In this document: positions 14,139 through 27,807 of the stretch, one piece after another | How the letters are laid out: each line of letters begins with the position of its first letter | How positions within the stretch are numbered: the first letter of the stretch is position 1 | NCBI RefSeq assembly: GCF_006345805.1 | Contig: NC_042999.1 | Span: forward strand, 114,204,001 to 114,268,000 | Direction of reading: 5' to 3' | DNA length: 64,000 nt | From: Octopus sinensis | Taxonomy: Eukaryota | The notes under the pieces: generated by a model | The model's database searches: none | What the model saw: only the letters and a program-made list of their open reading frames with translations | Told to the model about the DNA's origin: nothing | Position numbers and translations under genes: made by a program

Positions 14139-17100
14139 TGGCGGACGTTAAATGATGAAGATTATATATATTATATATATATACATACACACACACCATC
14201 ATTTTAACATTCCCTTTTCCATGATGGCTTAGCTTAGATGAAACTTAGTTGAGGCAGTTTTTCTGTAGCCAAATGGTTGTTCTTGTCAACTCTCGTTTCC
14301 AAGAACAGTACTAATCTTCCTTATTGCTTTGAACATGAGTGAGCATGTTTCTAAACACTGTAAGCAAAGAACACCATTGTATAGACACTAGCACAGTTTT
14401 TCTGAAGCATGTGAATAATATCAAGGAAACATGAAGACAAACACATTCATCCACACGTATATACATATTATGTCCTTGCAGTTTCCATCTCTCAACTATT
14501 TGCATAAGGTATTGATCAGCTTGAAGCTATAATAGGGGACATTTGTAGTAGGAATGAATCTTAATTTGTGGTTGTGAAGTGAATTTCTTAACCACATGGA
14601 CATACCTGCTTGCCTGTCTGTTTATGTGGATATTTGACTAAAGATCAGAGAGAAAACCAAACAGTGCTCTTTGAATAAAGTCCTTTGCTGATATTTGTTC
14701 TGCCCATATATATATACACACACATACACACATATCCTTGATGGTCTCAGAAACATAATGCACCAATGTTGGATACATGTAGCTGACAAAACTATTGCTC
14801 ACTAATCACAATATAAAAATACACACATAATCAAAATCAATTAGCTCTGGAACTATGAAATCAGATAAACCTCTTTCTAGGAAGTATCCCAGTCTATCAC
14901 AGGCAACACTTACAAATCTATTATTTTCTGAAAGCTAGATGCAGTGGGGTACACAGGGTGAGCTGAAGTACATAAAATTAATAATACCCAGAAAAGAAAG
15001 GCTTGTAGTGGATATGGTGTCATGACTCAGAAACTCGTTCTATAACACATTTCATTTCTATTCCAGCTGTGACCACCTCTTTTATTTTCTCCCAGACATA
15101 GTCTATTTAGGTCTTTCTGTTTTGAAATCAATAGTATCACCTTTTACCCTCTTCTCATTTCAGTCAATGGATTGCAGCCATGCTGGAGCACTGCCTTGAA
15201 AGGTCTAGTCAAACAAATCTACCTCAGTATTTAATTGACTTTTTCTTATTTTTTAGTCTGGTCAGTGTCTGTTGCTGAACTGCTAAGTTGTGATGATGTA
15301 AACAAACCAACACCAGCAGTCAAACAGAGAGAGACAAACACAAGTGAAAAACACGCATGAATCATCATCATCACTTAACATCTGCTTTCCATGCTAGCAT
15401 GGATTGGATGGTTTGACTGAGGACTGGTGAGCCAGAGGCTCAATCTGATCTGGCAAAGTTTCTACAGCTGGATGCCCTTCCTAACACCAACCACTCCGAG
15501 AGTGTAGTGGATGCTTTTACGTGACACCGGCACGAGGGCCAGTCAGGGGATTCTAGCAATGACCTCGCTCAAAAGGTGATTTTTATGTGCTACCTGCATG
15601 GGAGCCAGTCTGGCAGCACTACACACACATATCTATCTTTCCCTCTCTCCCTCTATATCTATCTGTCTATGTATATATATATATATATGTATATGATGGG
15701 CTTCTTTTAGTTTCTGTCAACCCAATCCACTTACAGGAATTTGTTGGCCCAGGATTGTAGTAGAAGAGTGTCACTGAACTCTACCATATGGTTGAGAAGC
15801 AAACTCCTTACCATATAGCCACACCTGGAAGATTTGGTCATCATTTCTAGCAAGCACACAGAAGCTCTTTCATTGGCTCAAGTTGGACTGGGTTGTAGTG
15901 GTGGTGGTGGTAGTAGTGATAGTAATAAAAATAAGCTGTACCATTTATCATGTAATAGGTTTCATTCTACAGAAATACATGGTAATTAAGGCATATGGCA
16001 TTACATTTACTATCCTGTCTGCTTTCCGCATGTCTGATTTATACTATTCTTTCTGGTAATTGCCTGTCTATTTCTACAGAGGTTTGGCTAAAATGCTGTG
16101 GTATTGAAAAAAGACAAAAAAAAAAAAAAATCAGCCAAACCAACCTTGCTGATATAACAGTTTTGTTCTGCTTTCTGGTTTGAGATTGGTTTACTTTAAG
16201 ATCTTTGTGAACAATTGTTTAATATGTGTAGTGAGATATCATATCCACACAGTACTATAGATCAGCTAAGACTATCAGAAAATAGATGACTATAAATCAA
16301 TAGACCACACAGCTATCAACAGAACTCTGTAGTGTTTGTCTATGTCGGTAATTAGAGGATTAAATCCATACTGTTGTTTCCTGCAGGCACCCAAGTAGAT
16401 ATTTAAAAGGTACAATTACCAGCATATATAAATATAAAGTGTACACATTCTTCATAAGCGCATACTGAACACTTTTGTGATATAAATCATAAGTATAAAT
16501 GCTTTGTGTGTATGTGTAAGCTTATCTGTATATAATTATAGCAAATATAAATGTTGGTTAGTTGGACGATCCCTCTAATCATGTTTTATAACATAGGAGA
16601 GAGAGTATAAGAGAAAATGTATGAGGTTAATCCTTTTGTTATAATTTTGGTGAAATAGACTATTTTAAAAATTTATTTTGAAATTCATGAAGTAAAACAA
16701 TATTTGTCATGATTAAGCTGGAATTTGGATCATAAATTCACATGAAGATTTGAATTTTGATCACTTTATAAAGGAAGCTTGTTATAGGAGCTAGGGGTTA
16801 AAGTCAGTATAAGAAAATTGAAATTGATAAGCAGTGGTATAGAGATGGTGAAGCTGATACAAGTGATGTAGTTGATGGATGCCAAATACATGACACATAT
16901 GTACATGTGATCTGTTCATGTTACACACAGAAACAATCACAGTTTAAGTAGAAGGATAAACTTGACAAATGGTTGGTATGTAACAGTAAGAAGCAGTAGG
17001 TTTACATAACCACACACACATCTGAGATGACAAAAGATTGAAATATCTGCCCCCTTGCAGTACTCAAGGAGACTCATTCTCCACAGCAGAAGTGTTAATG

Positions 17101-17624
17101 CCATTCCGCCTGCTGAAGACAATTGGCCTGCAAGAGCCCTGTACTATAGCCATGTATAAAGCACCCAACACACTGTTAGGAAGGGCATCCAGCCATAGAA
17201 GCCAAGAGAAATCAGACTGGAACCTGATGCAGCTCTCCTGCTTGCCAGCTCTGGTCAAACTGTCCAACCCATGCCAGCATGGAAAATGGGCATTAAAAGA
17301 TGATGATGTATAGAGAAAAGGGGGAAAGAGACAGAGTTTACATACAAAGTGCATGGCAAGTGCACACACTAAGCCTGATGGAAGGCAATGAATAAAGGAA
17401 TGCCACTCGCACAAAATAAAAGGGAGAGAGAATGATAGAATAATTGAATGTGAGCTACTAATAGTTTCATACACTGAAGATCTTATCCGAACAGGTTTTA
17501 AAATATGCCTATTGTTTCCAAGTAATCTTCATGCTCTAGGTACAAGGAGACACTAGATGTGTTTTAAAACCTGCCTAGATAAGATCTTCAATATATGAAG
17601 CTATTAGTAGCTCATAATATACAC

Positions 17625-18567
17625 CATCATCATCATCATTGTTTAACGTCCATTTTCCATGCCGGCATGGGTTGGATGGTTCAAGTGGGGTCTGGGAAGC
17701 CAGGAGGTTGTATCAGGCCCCAATCTGATCTGGCAGTGATTTTACAGCTGGATGCCCTTCCTAATGCCAACCACTCCAAGGGTGTAGTGGGTGCTTTTTA
17801 CATGCCACCGGCACTGGCATCAGCCACATTTGGATGATGCTTTTTATGTGCTACCAGCGCAGGGATCACAACTACAATTTCCACTTGATTTGATTTTGAT
17901 ATTGCTGATGTTGATGTAATTGACTCAATAGGTCTCCTCAAGCACGGCATGTCACCCTACGATCCAAGGTACTTTTGAATGGGCTGGTTATGCGACACTG
18001 GTGAAGGTTACAGCTGTGGACTCACTTTATTTGCCAGGTCTTCTCAATCACAGCATACCTCCAGAGGTCTCAGCCTTTCGTCATTGCCTCTGTGAGGCCC
18101 AACATTCGAAGGTCATGCCTCACCACCTTATCCCATGTCTTCCTGGGTCTCCCTCAAACCCGGATTCCTTCCACTGTTTGGGAGTGGCACTTCTTCACAC
18201 AGCTCTCCTCGTCCATACGCAGTACATGACCATACCAATGCAAACGTCTTTCTTGCATGCCACATCCAATGCTTCTTATGTCTAACATTTCTCTCAGGGC
18301 GATTCCACTCTGTCCTGTGTGCACACTAACATTACACATCCAGCGGATCTTGCTAGCTTCATTTCTTTCGAGCCTACACGTCTTCAGCAGTCACAGCCCA
18401 TGTTTCACTGCTGTGAAGCATGGCAATTCGCACACATGCATCATACAATCTACCTTTCACTCTGAGCGAGAGGCCCTTTGTCACCAGTAGGGGTAGAAGC
18501 TTTCTAAACTTTACCCAGGCTATTCTTATTCTAGTGGTAACACTCTCTGAGCATTCACCCCCACTAA
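17625..18567 (-). mobile_element. 5'-truncated RTE-clade LINE (end of RT plus 3' UTR)
   Basis: Translates to TTRIRIAWVKFRKLLPLLVTKGLSLRVKGRLYDACV...SETW...QERRLHWYGHVLRM. Ends in an (ATG)n tail. Confidence 0.9.
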
Positions 18568-18569
18568 TA

Positions 18570-18900
18570 TAGAATGTATATTAATATTTCTCTCACCAGA
18601 TAGAGTACTTTTATGTTGATCTTACCTGAACCGAAAAATAAACTACATATTCTATTGTGTCTGGGGAGAGTCATTTTCTTTTTGTGCCTTATAATGTAAT
18701 ACACTCACCGGTAAAATTTCCACTTATTTCTCATTTTTATTTTCCTAAAATTTTCGTTGCGTCTTGCAACCTTTTCAATAGTCAAGCAAGACTATTGAAA
18801 AAAGAAAATAACTCTCCCCAGACACAACAGAATATGCTTCAACACACAAACTCATATAAAGAATCTTGCAAACCAAATCCAAAAATGAAATATAAACTAC
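18570..18900 (-). mobile_element. Penelope-like fold-back fragment with a minimal hammerhead-like motif
   Basis: 38-bp inverted repeat 18646-18683 / 18799-18836. Minus-strand motif CUA-UUGAAAA-GGUUGC-AAGAC-GCAAC-GAAA-AUUU-UAG at 18744-18781. Confidence 0.45.
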
Positions 18901-20556
18901 ATATATATATATATATCTATATAAATAAGATGTACAAATGGGCTTCTTCAATTTCCCTCTATCACATTCAGTCAAAGGTTTTGGTTGTCTGGGGTTGTAG
19001 TAGAAGATACTTGCCCAAGGTGCCATGTAATAGAACCTAAGACAAAACCACGAGGTTGGGAAGTAAATTTAGCCTATCATCAGGCAAGCATAAAAAGAAT
19101 GAACAGATAGAGCACAAACAAAAAAGACAATGAGAGAGAGATAGTGATTTCATTAAGCATCTAAACATTACTGTCAACCAACAAGAAAATTTACACAACT
19201 CTTAATTACGATGCTTCCTTTAGCAATGACCACCACTGAACATTTGACACTGTTGGTCACTGGTGTTATTGATTAGTTCTAAATGAACTATGAACAAAGT
19301 ATTCCACTCATGATATCCAGTCTTATTTTCACGAGGTTTCCTAGAGGGAGTTCGACTGCTTTTTCTAGGTCAAGCAAACACAGAGCAGTGTCTCCAATGA
19401 GGGTGATGCAACAGCCTAGGGTATTATAACAAGGTTTTATAGCTATTTTATTATTCAGTTTTCATGCAGTAAGTGTATTGTGTATCTTAAGATTAGAGGA
19501 ATGAAGTCGCAAAAACAAGAACTCTGATTCATAGAAGCTCTCTCATTAGTTCTATGGGAAAACGTGACTTGTGTATATGAGTTCAAGGGTTCTCTTACTA
19601 AGATCTTCTTTGGGCACCAAAAGTTCTTTTTTCAGTGGGTGTAAGTTACAAAGATAACTTTTATCATTTATCATTCTGAGAGAGAGAGAGAGAGAGAGAG
19701 ATTCATTACCAAGATGAGATTTCTCATTAGATGCCTGCAAGTCTGATTGAAAACTCAATCACAGCCACTATAATGATGTTGTCATCAACATCACCACCAA
19801 TATATAGTGACATCATCCTCATTACGTGATATCTTCATCAGCTTCATTTTATAGCATTCCTATTAATATCACAAAACATTAAAGCATGTTGTTCACTACT
19901 GGCCACCGCCATTGAAATTATCATCATCATCTTCACCATTAATTACTACTGTAATCTTTTATCTTTTACTTGTCTCAGTCATTGGAATGCAGCCTATGCC
20001 TGGGCATTGCCTTGAAAGATTTACTCAAACATATCTACCCCAGTACTAATTTTTAAAGTTTGGTACTTATCTATTGGTCCCTTTGCTTAACTGCTAAGTT
20101 ACATGGATGTAAACAAACCAACACCAGTTGTCAAGCGGTGATTGGGGAATGAATGCAATGACACAGACATGTACGATGGGCTTCCACACAGTTTCTGCCA
20201 GCCAAATTATTTCACAAGGCAATTGGGTAGCCTGATGTATAGAAGACTTGCCAAGGTGCTGTACAGTAGGATTGAACCCCAAACCATGTAGTTGTAAAGC
20301 CAGCTTCTTCACTTCACAATTGATGCCTGTTAGAATAGGCATTTCTTTTAACTGTGTATGAAACTAGGAACTACTCAAGTGTATTACTGATATCTCTATG
20401 AGAGAATGTGATAACAAAGTCCAATCTTGGAGAGATTTTCCATGGTAAACGTCAAACATTAAACTAAATCATCATAATCTTCATCATTGTTTCATGTCTG
20501 CCTTTCATGCTGCCAAGGGTTGGACAGTTTTAGAGGAGACTGCACCAAACTTGTGT

Positions 20557-20920
20557 CTGTTTTTGCAAGGTTTTTACAGCTGGATGCCCTTCCTAACACC
20601 AATCTCCCAGCAGAGTGGACGGAGTGCTTTTTATGTGGCACAAGCACAGGCGTTTTGGCATAGTTTTTACAGTTAGATGCCCTTCCTAACACCAACCTCA
20701 CAGCAGAGTAGACAGAGTGTTTTTTATATGGTACAAGCACAGGCGTTTTGGCAAGGTTTTTACAGCTGGATACCCTTCTTAATACCAACCTCCCAGCAGC
20801 GTGGATGGAGTGTTTTTATGTGGCACAGGTGTTTTGGCATGGTTTTTACAGCTGGATACCCTTCCAAATGCCAAGCATTTTACAGTGTGGACTGGATGTT
20901 CTTTACGTGGCATCAGCACT
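20557..20920. repeat. Tandem array of ~93-bp units (about 4 copies) derived from the RTE 3' UTR
   Basis: tttttacag-t-gat-cccttc recurs at 20571, 20664, 20757 and 20843. Confidence 0.9.
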
Positions 20921-23163
20921 CTTAAATATTAATTTCTTTACTATTTGTGTCAAACCAGGGTTTGGTGGGAGAGCTTAGTGGTTAAACTCATGAGTTTATG
21001 GGTTCTATCCCCAGGCCAGTCTGCAAGTTGGTTCTTTAAGCAAGGTGCTTCATTTCATGTTGTGCTAGCCTATTCAGCTGGGAGCTGGTGCAGCCCCTTC
21101 TCCTGCCAGCTATCACATCCTCCCTGTTCTACTAGGTCAAAAGGGTATGTATGCCTACTCACAACTGCTTCTAAAACAAGTAGCAAAAGCATAGCACATG
21201 CTACCAGAGTATACAAGCTTGCAAGTGACAACTATAGTATTTAGTTTTGTGTTTCTTTAAATAAAAGCATAGAACACAAAATTTAATCAATCATAGTTCA
21301 TGTCTGCGGTTTCATTTTATTGACCCAGGAGGAATGAAAGGTAAAACTAGCCTTAGTAGGATTTGAACATAGAAGGTAAAAAGCCAGAAGAAATATCTTA
21401 AGATTCTGCCGAACCAACACCCTAGTGTTAACAATGGTTTCTAACAAGGTTACAAAATTACACATTTTTGGAGGAATAGGATGTTAGTCAATTAGAATCA
21501 ACCCCAGTCTTCAAATGATACCATATTTCATAGAATCAGGAAGGATGAAAAGCAAAGTCAACCTTGATGGGATCTGAACTTAGAATGCAAAGAACTGTAA
21601 CTAAATACCACATGATATTTTGTCCCATGTTCTAATGATTCTACAAGTCCATCATTATAATAATGCTTTCTACTATAAGAACATGGCCTGAAATTTTAGT
21701 GGAGAGAGCTAGTCAATTACATCAATCCCAAAAGGATGAAAGGTAAAGTCAACCTCAGCAGATTAAGCATTTTGTTCTGCCAGCCTACCATTTTTAATCC
21801 ATCATTACAATAACAGCAAAACTAAGAACCTATTGTTGACATGTTTGTTCATAAGCTTCAGATAAAATTGGACATCATCGAGTAACTAAGCAATTAGTTT
21901 AAGTACGTTGATGAGTCAGCTTAACTCAGTGCACACACACACAATCACAAAGAAATAGAATTACAAACACTAATAAAGACACCATTATCATCTTCATTAT
22001 TTTGTCCGTTCTTTCATGCTTGCATGAATTGGAAGGATCTTCTGCAGGACATTACTTTGTCACTGTTTGTTCTAAGTAAGGTTCACCCTCTGTGTGTATG
22101 CCTACCAAACATACAAGTGTGATTTAGGAGCTTGTTTTGCAATCATGTGGTTCTTTGTTTCACTGGATTGGGTGGCACTTTGGGCAAATAACTTCTACCA
22201 TAACCTTGTGCCAACTCAAGCAAGGTACAATTAGGTAGATGGAATATAGCTTCAGGCATGGCTGTGTGTTAAGAAGTGTGCTTCCCAACTATATAGTTCC
22301 AGTTTCAGTCTAAGAGTGGCACCTTAGGCGATTGTATTCTACTTTATAGGTATGGGCCAAATAAAGCTTCATGAGTGGATTTTTGACTCTAGTATTTTTA
22401 TTTAAAGTCTGGTACTTATCCTATTAGTCTCTTTTGGTGAACAGGTAAGTATCAGTAAAGTAAACACACCAATACTGGTTGTCAAGTGGTGTGGGACAGA
22501 CACAGACACATAGTGACAGGCTTCTTTCAGTTTCTGTATCAAATCCACTCACAAGACCTTGGTTGGCCTAAGGCCATAATAGAAGAAACTGGAGCAAGAT
22601 GCCACACAATGGGTCTGAACCTAAAACCATGTGGTTGAGAAGCAAGCTTCTTACCATACAGCCATGCCTGCGCATATATATTACATGCACACACACAGAG
22701 CACATCATTATTTCTATGCTTGCATGGTACAACTGAAAGTTTACTGGAGCAGAATTTTTCTCTGGTCAGATGCCCTTTTTGATGCTAATGCTCACCTGTT
22801 TCCAAGTAAGGTAATAATTCCCTCCAGTCAATCAAACAACAAACAACCTGACCATGCTTTGCCTGAATGGTGAGGCTTTTGTTTGCAATCAAAACAAGAG
22901 GAAGAAAATAAAATTACACACAAAGCAAACTTCTTCCAGTGTCCATCTACCATTTTCATTCACAAGGGGTTGATCATCTCCCACAGTAATAGCTTGGTCC
23001 CTAACAAAGGGGTTTCAAAGTGAACTCCTGAACCACATAGTCATATGTATGCCTACACATCCATGTCTGATATTTAATTCCAGGTAAAAACAATGAAACG
23101 ATCTAAGCTGTAGTGATGTGGCTACGTATATATATATATATACACACATATATATATATATAT

Positions 23164-23209
<46 letters not shown>

Positions 23210-24312
23210 TATCTGAGTGGATACCATATTAGCTATCAGTTAAGTTCCAGTGAACAGCTAACCATTGCAATCAGCATTTAACGTCTGTGACTACAATTTG
23301 TTGCAAGTCACTCAGTGAATTCTTCCAAAGGGTAATTCCATGTATGCTTCACTGGATGGTGAAAATTGTCTGGAGTATATATTATCATTATTATTAATAA
23401 TAAAGAGTATGGAGACTTAGTAGTCATTGCAGCCGAAACATGTGTAGGTCATTACAAGAAACTGTATAAGATTATAAAATATATTATGTGGATGTACAAG
23501 TCTCCATAGTTTTTATCAGTAACAATAATTATATATATCATAGATACTTGTGTATTGCAAATCCACCTCTCCAAGGAAGATTTTATCTCAACAGAGACTA
23601 TATAAAGCCAAGATTAACTTCAATGACAGCTTAAATGGCTGAAACTTTGAAGTCACTGTCAATAATATTCTTGCTTAAGAATAATAAATTTGTACTCTAT
23701 AACACTATAGATTAATCTATGAGATTAATGTAAAATTGTTTTTATTATAGTGAACATAAAAAAAAATAAACATTAATATACATACACATGCATGTACAAT
23801 ACATAATATAAAGACGCAATATATAAGACACACTCACAATATGTAATATATACATATATACATGCAATATATGTAATATTTACACACATATAAATCCAAC
23901 CCATGCAAGCAAGGAAAAGTAGATATTAAATGATGATGGTGATGATACACATGCACATACACACACACACATAATGCATAATATACAAATACACCCACCC
24001 ACACAAGCATGCAATATATACAAGCCGATACATAATATAGAGACAGATGAGAGATAGAAAGCAGTAGACAGAAATGCTTGGACAAAAATGTAATCAAAGA
24101 TAGATTGGCTCATTGGATGTCTTTGTGCTCAAATGTCCAATGAGGATATTGTTCCAAATGATGTAATAAAAAGAAACAGATTGATGAGAAAAATAGACAT
24201 GAATAGAGAAAGTGATAAGAGAACACAATATGACAAAGAGCAAAAGATATATACAGATTGATAAATAAGATGAACAAAGAGATATCAGGGAAAAATAGAC
24301 AGACACTGATAA

Positions 24313-24342
<30 letters not shown>

Positions 24343-24346
<4 letters not shown>

Positions 24347-25498
24347 TCATCATCGTCGTTTAACGTCCGTTCTCCATGCTAGCATGGGTTGGACGGTTCG
24401 ACCGGGGTTCTGGGAAGCCAGAAGGCTGCACCAGGCTCCAGTCTAATTGGCAATGTTTCTACAGCTGGATGCCCTTCTAACGCCAACCACTCCGTGAGTG
24501 TAGTGGGTGCTTTTTACGTGCCACCTGCACAGGTGCCAGGCGGGGCTGGCAACGGCCACGGTCAGATTGGTGTATTTTATGTGCCACCGGCACGGAAGCC
24601 AGTCGAGGCGGTGCTGGCATCGGCCACGAGTCGGATAGTGCTTTTTACGTACCACCAGACCAGGATCCTGGCTGGTTCAATTCGATTTCGATTTCGCTTG
24701 CCCCAACATGTCTTCACAAGCAAAGGGGGTTGGCAAGGGTGCCTGTCGTACGGTCGCATTGGAGTATTTTACGTGCCACGGCCACGAGTCGGATAGTGCT
24801 TTTTACGTACCACCAGACCAGGGATCCTGGCTGGTTCAATTCGATTTCGATTTCAATTTCGCTTGCCCCAACATGTCTTCACAAGCAAAGGGGGTTGGCA
24901 TGGGTGCCTGTCGTACGGTCGCATTGGAGTATTTTACGTGCCACGGCCCCGAGTCGGATAGTGCTTTTTACGTACCACCAGGCCAGGGATCCTGGCTGGT
25001 TCAATTCGGTTTCGATTTCGATTTCGATTTCGCTTGCCCCAACATGTCTTCGCAAGCATGGGGGGTTGGGATGGGGTGTCTGTCGTCGGATGAGGTTCTA
25101 TATCGACTTCGCTTGCCTCAACCGGTCTTGTGTCCAAGGGAGGAAAGGCATTCATAAGTGGGCTGGGCTCACTTGTCCTGCCTGGTCTTCTCACGTACAG
25201 AATATTTCCAAAGGTCTCGGTCTCTGGTCATTTCCTCAGTGAGGCCTAAAGTTCGAAGGTCGTGCTTCACCACCTCGTCCCAGGTTTTCCTGGGTCTACC
25301 TCTTCCACGGGTTCCCTCAACTGCTAGGGATTGGCACTTTCTCACACACCTATCTTCATCCATTCTCGCCACATGACCATACCAGCGCAATCGTCTCTCT
25401 TGCACACCACAACTGATGCTTCTTAGGTACAACATTTCTCTCAAGGTGCTAACGCTCTGTCGAGTATGTACACTGACATTACACATCCATCGGAGCAT
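24343..25498 (-). mobile_element. Young 5'-truncated RTE LINE: intact C-terminal ORF (25169-25498) and 3' UTR with a ~160-bp triplication
   Basis: MLRWMC...ERRLRWYGHVARM...GTRGRGRPRKTWDEVVKHDL is the RTE C-terminal signature. CpG-rich, with an (ATG)n tail abutting a (TA)n tract. Confidence 0.93.
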
Positions 25499-27666
25499 AG
25501 TAGCAAAGAATAGTGATGACTAAGATACCATGGCGAGGGAATATAATTGATTAACTTGATTTCAATATATTGTTACCTATTTTATCAATTTTACAGTGGT
25601 GGGAGAAAAATTAACCTGTTAACCCACACTACTTGGTTGAAGCCACTCTTCCACACAAACTGTTCTAGAGGAAGTCCCTATAACAATCAAGTGTGAGAGA
25701 AGATAAGATAGTATAAGTGTGATTGTATCATCGGAAATATTTTAGCCTCTCAACAACTGGTATAAAAACCACCCTCACTTTTTCCTTTTTCTCTCTCTTT
25801 CAAATTAGTTGGTAACTTCACTTGTGCCAGTGTCACAAAAAAAAACAAAAACAAAAAGAAACAAAAGCCCAATACACACAGTAAAGTGGTTGGTGTTAGG
25901 AAGGGCATCCAGTCATCGAAACCATGCCAAAACTGATATTGATGCTTATTGGATGTCAAACCATCCAACTCATGCTAGCATGGTAAAATGGGTGTTAAAT
26001 GACTGTGAGAAATGATCAGCTTTCAATAAGTTGAAGTACAAGAATTAAATGAATGTAGATCCCAGATTTGCTTCAGTAGCAACTCACAAAATATGTTAGA
26101 GCACTTGTCTTATACACAATATGAAATTTTTTTAAAAAACAAGTGAGATTCTTTATCACAACTGTTTGAGTCCCCCCACCCACCCAAATGAAAACCTAAT
26201 CAGAAAATAAGAAATTCTGCTGAAATTTTCAATAACATTTATGCAAAGCCATGTCATAACAAGAACACCGTATCTAATTCTAGAAATTAATTCCAAAATG
26301 GTTATGGATGAAAGCCCATCTTGGCAACAAAAAAAAAAAAAAACACCAGGAAAAAAGAGAAAATATTAATAGCTAGCCTTTGAGATATATGAAAACAAGA
26401 GAATATATGATGGAAATTGTGTTAATTGAGATTGGCTATTTTGGTAGAAGACTAGCTAAGATTGAAAGATACATGGGCAAAATAATTAAATTAAAGAAAG
26501 CAATTCAGGAAGATTGTGGGCTTTGTGATTATGACACTATAAAGAGAAAGGTATTGGCTAGAATTGTCTAAACAAATTGACTTCCCTGTGTCAAGTAGAA
26601 ATGCAAGCTCCTAGTATGAGAGTATTTTCTGGTTCATTTGCATGCAACTACTACCAATAATAATGATGAAGATGATTTCTTAGCTTGTCACACAAGCCTC
26701 AAATTTGTAAGAGAAGAGCATATCTTATGAATCTCAATGGATTAAAAGTTAGTCAACATAAGCAAGCTTTGATTTCACAATGTTAAGTAATAATTGTATA
26801 TATTTCAAGGAATTGGCATTCAATCGTTTCCATCATTCACATCCCTTTTATATTGGTTTCAAATTTTGGGACAAGGCCAACAATTTAGTGGAAGGAGGTA
26901 AGTTGATTATATCGACCCCACCAGAGTTCAGCCGATACTTCTTACATCTCTTTTATATTAATAATATCTCCAAGAGCATTATAAAATATTGTTATTACAC
27001 ACAACAGTTCTGACCAACTGGGTTTAAAATTTTATTGAAAGAATAATCAGCAAATTTATTACATCTTTAGACAGAAGAGAGTGTACGCATGACTGTTATT
27101 TAGGAAGGGTCAGGAAAATACATGCCCACTACTACCACAAAAAAACCCCTCTTTAGTGCAAATGTTTATTTTCACAACCCTTTCAAATATCACAGAAAAG
27201 CCCAAATAAAATTTTAAAAAATATATATCCCCCAACAATAATTTCTAAAATAAAAACATGGTCAGAAATAGCAGGAAAGGGAACAGTCAATTGCATGTCA
27301 ACCCCAGTATATGACTGGTACTTTATTGATCCTGGAAGGACGAAAAGCAAAGAAGTTAATTTTGGTAGGATTTGGAATCAGAGCATATTGAGCTGAAAAT
27401 ACCACAGTGTATTTTGTCCAATACTCTTAACGATTTTTGCCCCCAACTACCAAACCCCTATCTTAACTAGTAATAAAACATAAAATCAATTAATTAAAAC
27501 TTGAAATATATATCAACCACCCAGTTTAAAACTTACACAAGCGCACATACATTTTATTCCAATCTACTTAGTTCAATTTTTCAATTCCTTTTCAGTCCAG
27601 TTTTTCTAATTTTCTTGACCTCCCAATATCTTATTTAAAAAAAAAAAAATTATTGTTTTAAAAACA

Positions 27667-27684
27667 TTTATTTTACTTTTTATT
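27667..27684 (-). promoter_or_regulatory. Two candidate AATAAA polyadenylation signals for the HAT1 terminal exon
   Basis: tttatt on the plus strand at 27667-27672 and 27679-27684, ~125-140 nt past the stop codon. The motif is common in AT-rich DNA. Confidence 0.45.
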
Positions 27685-27807
27685 TCCAAACAGATCAATT
27701 TGACAAATGCATCTGAACCAGTTCTACTTTAGAATTAGCACCCCTATCCATTCCCCCAGCTTCTCCTTAAACGCCTGTTTGTTTATCATTAATTTTGTTC
27801 TTTACAG

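Noticed and set aside
20492-20978. Repetitive-peptide ORFs
   Set aside because: Produced by the 93-bp (multiple of 3) tandem repeat.
24389-25242. Long plus-strand ORFs of 135-170 aa with internal repeats
   Set aside because: Antisense frames across the GC-rich, triplicated RTE 3' UTR.
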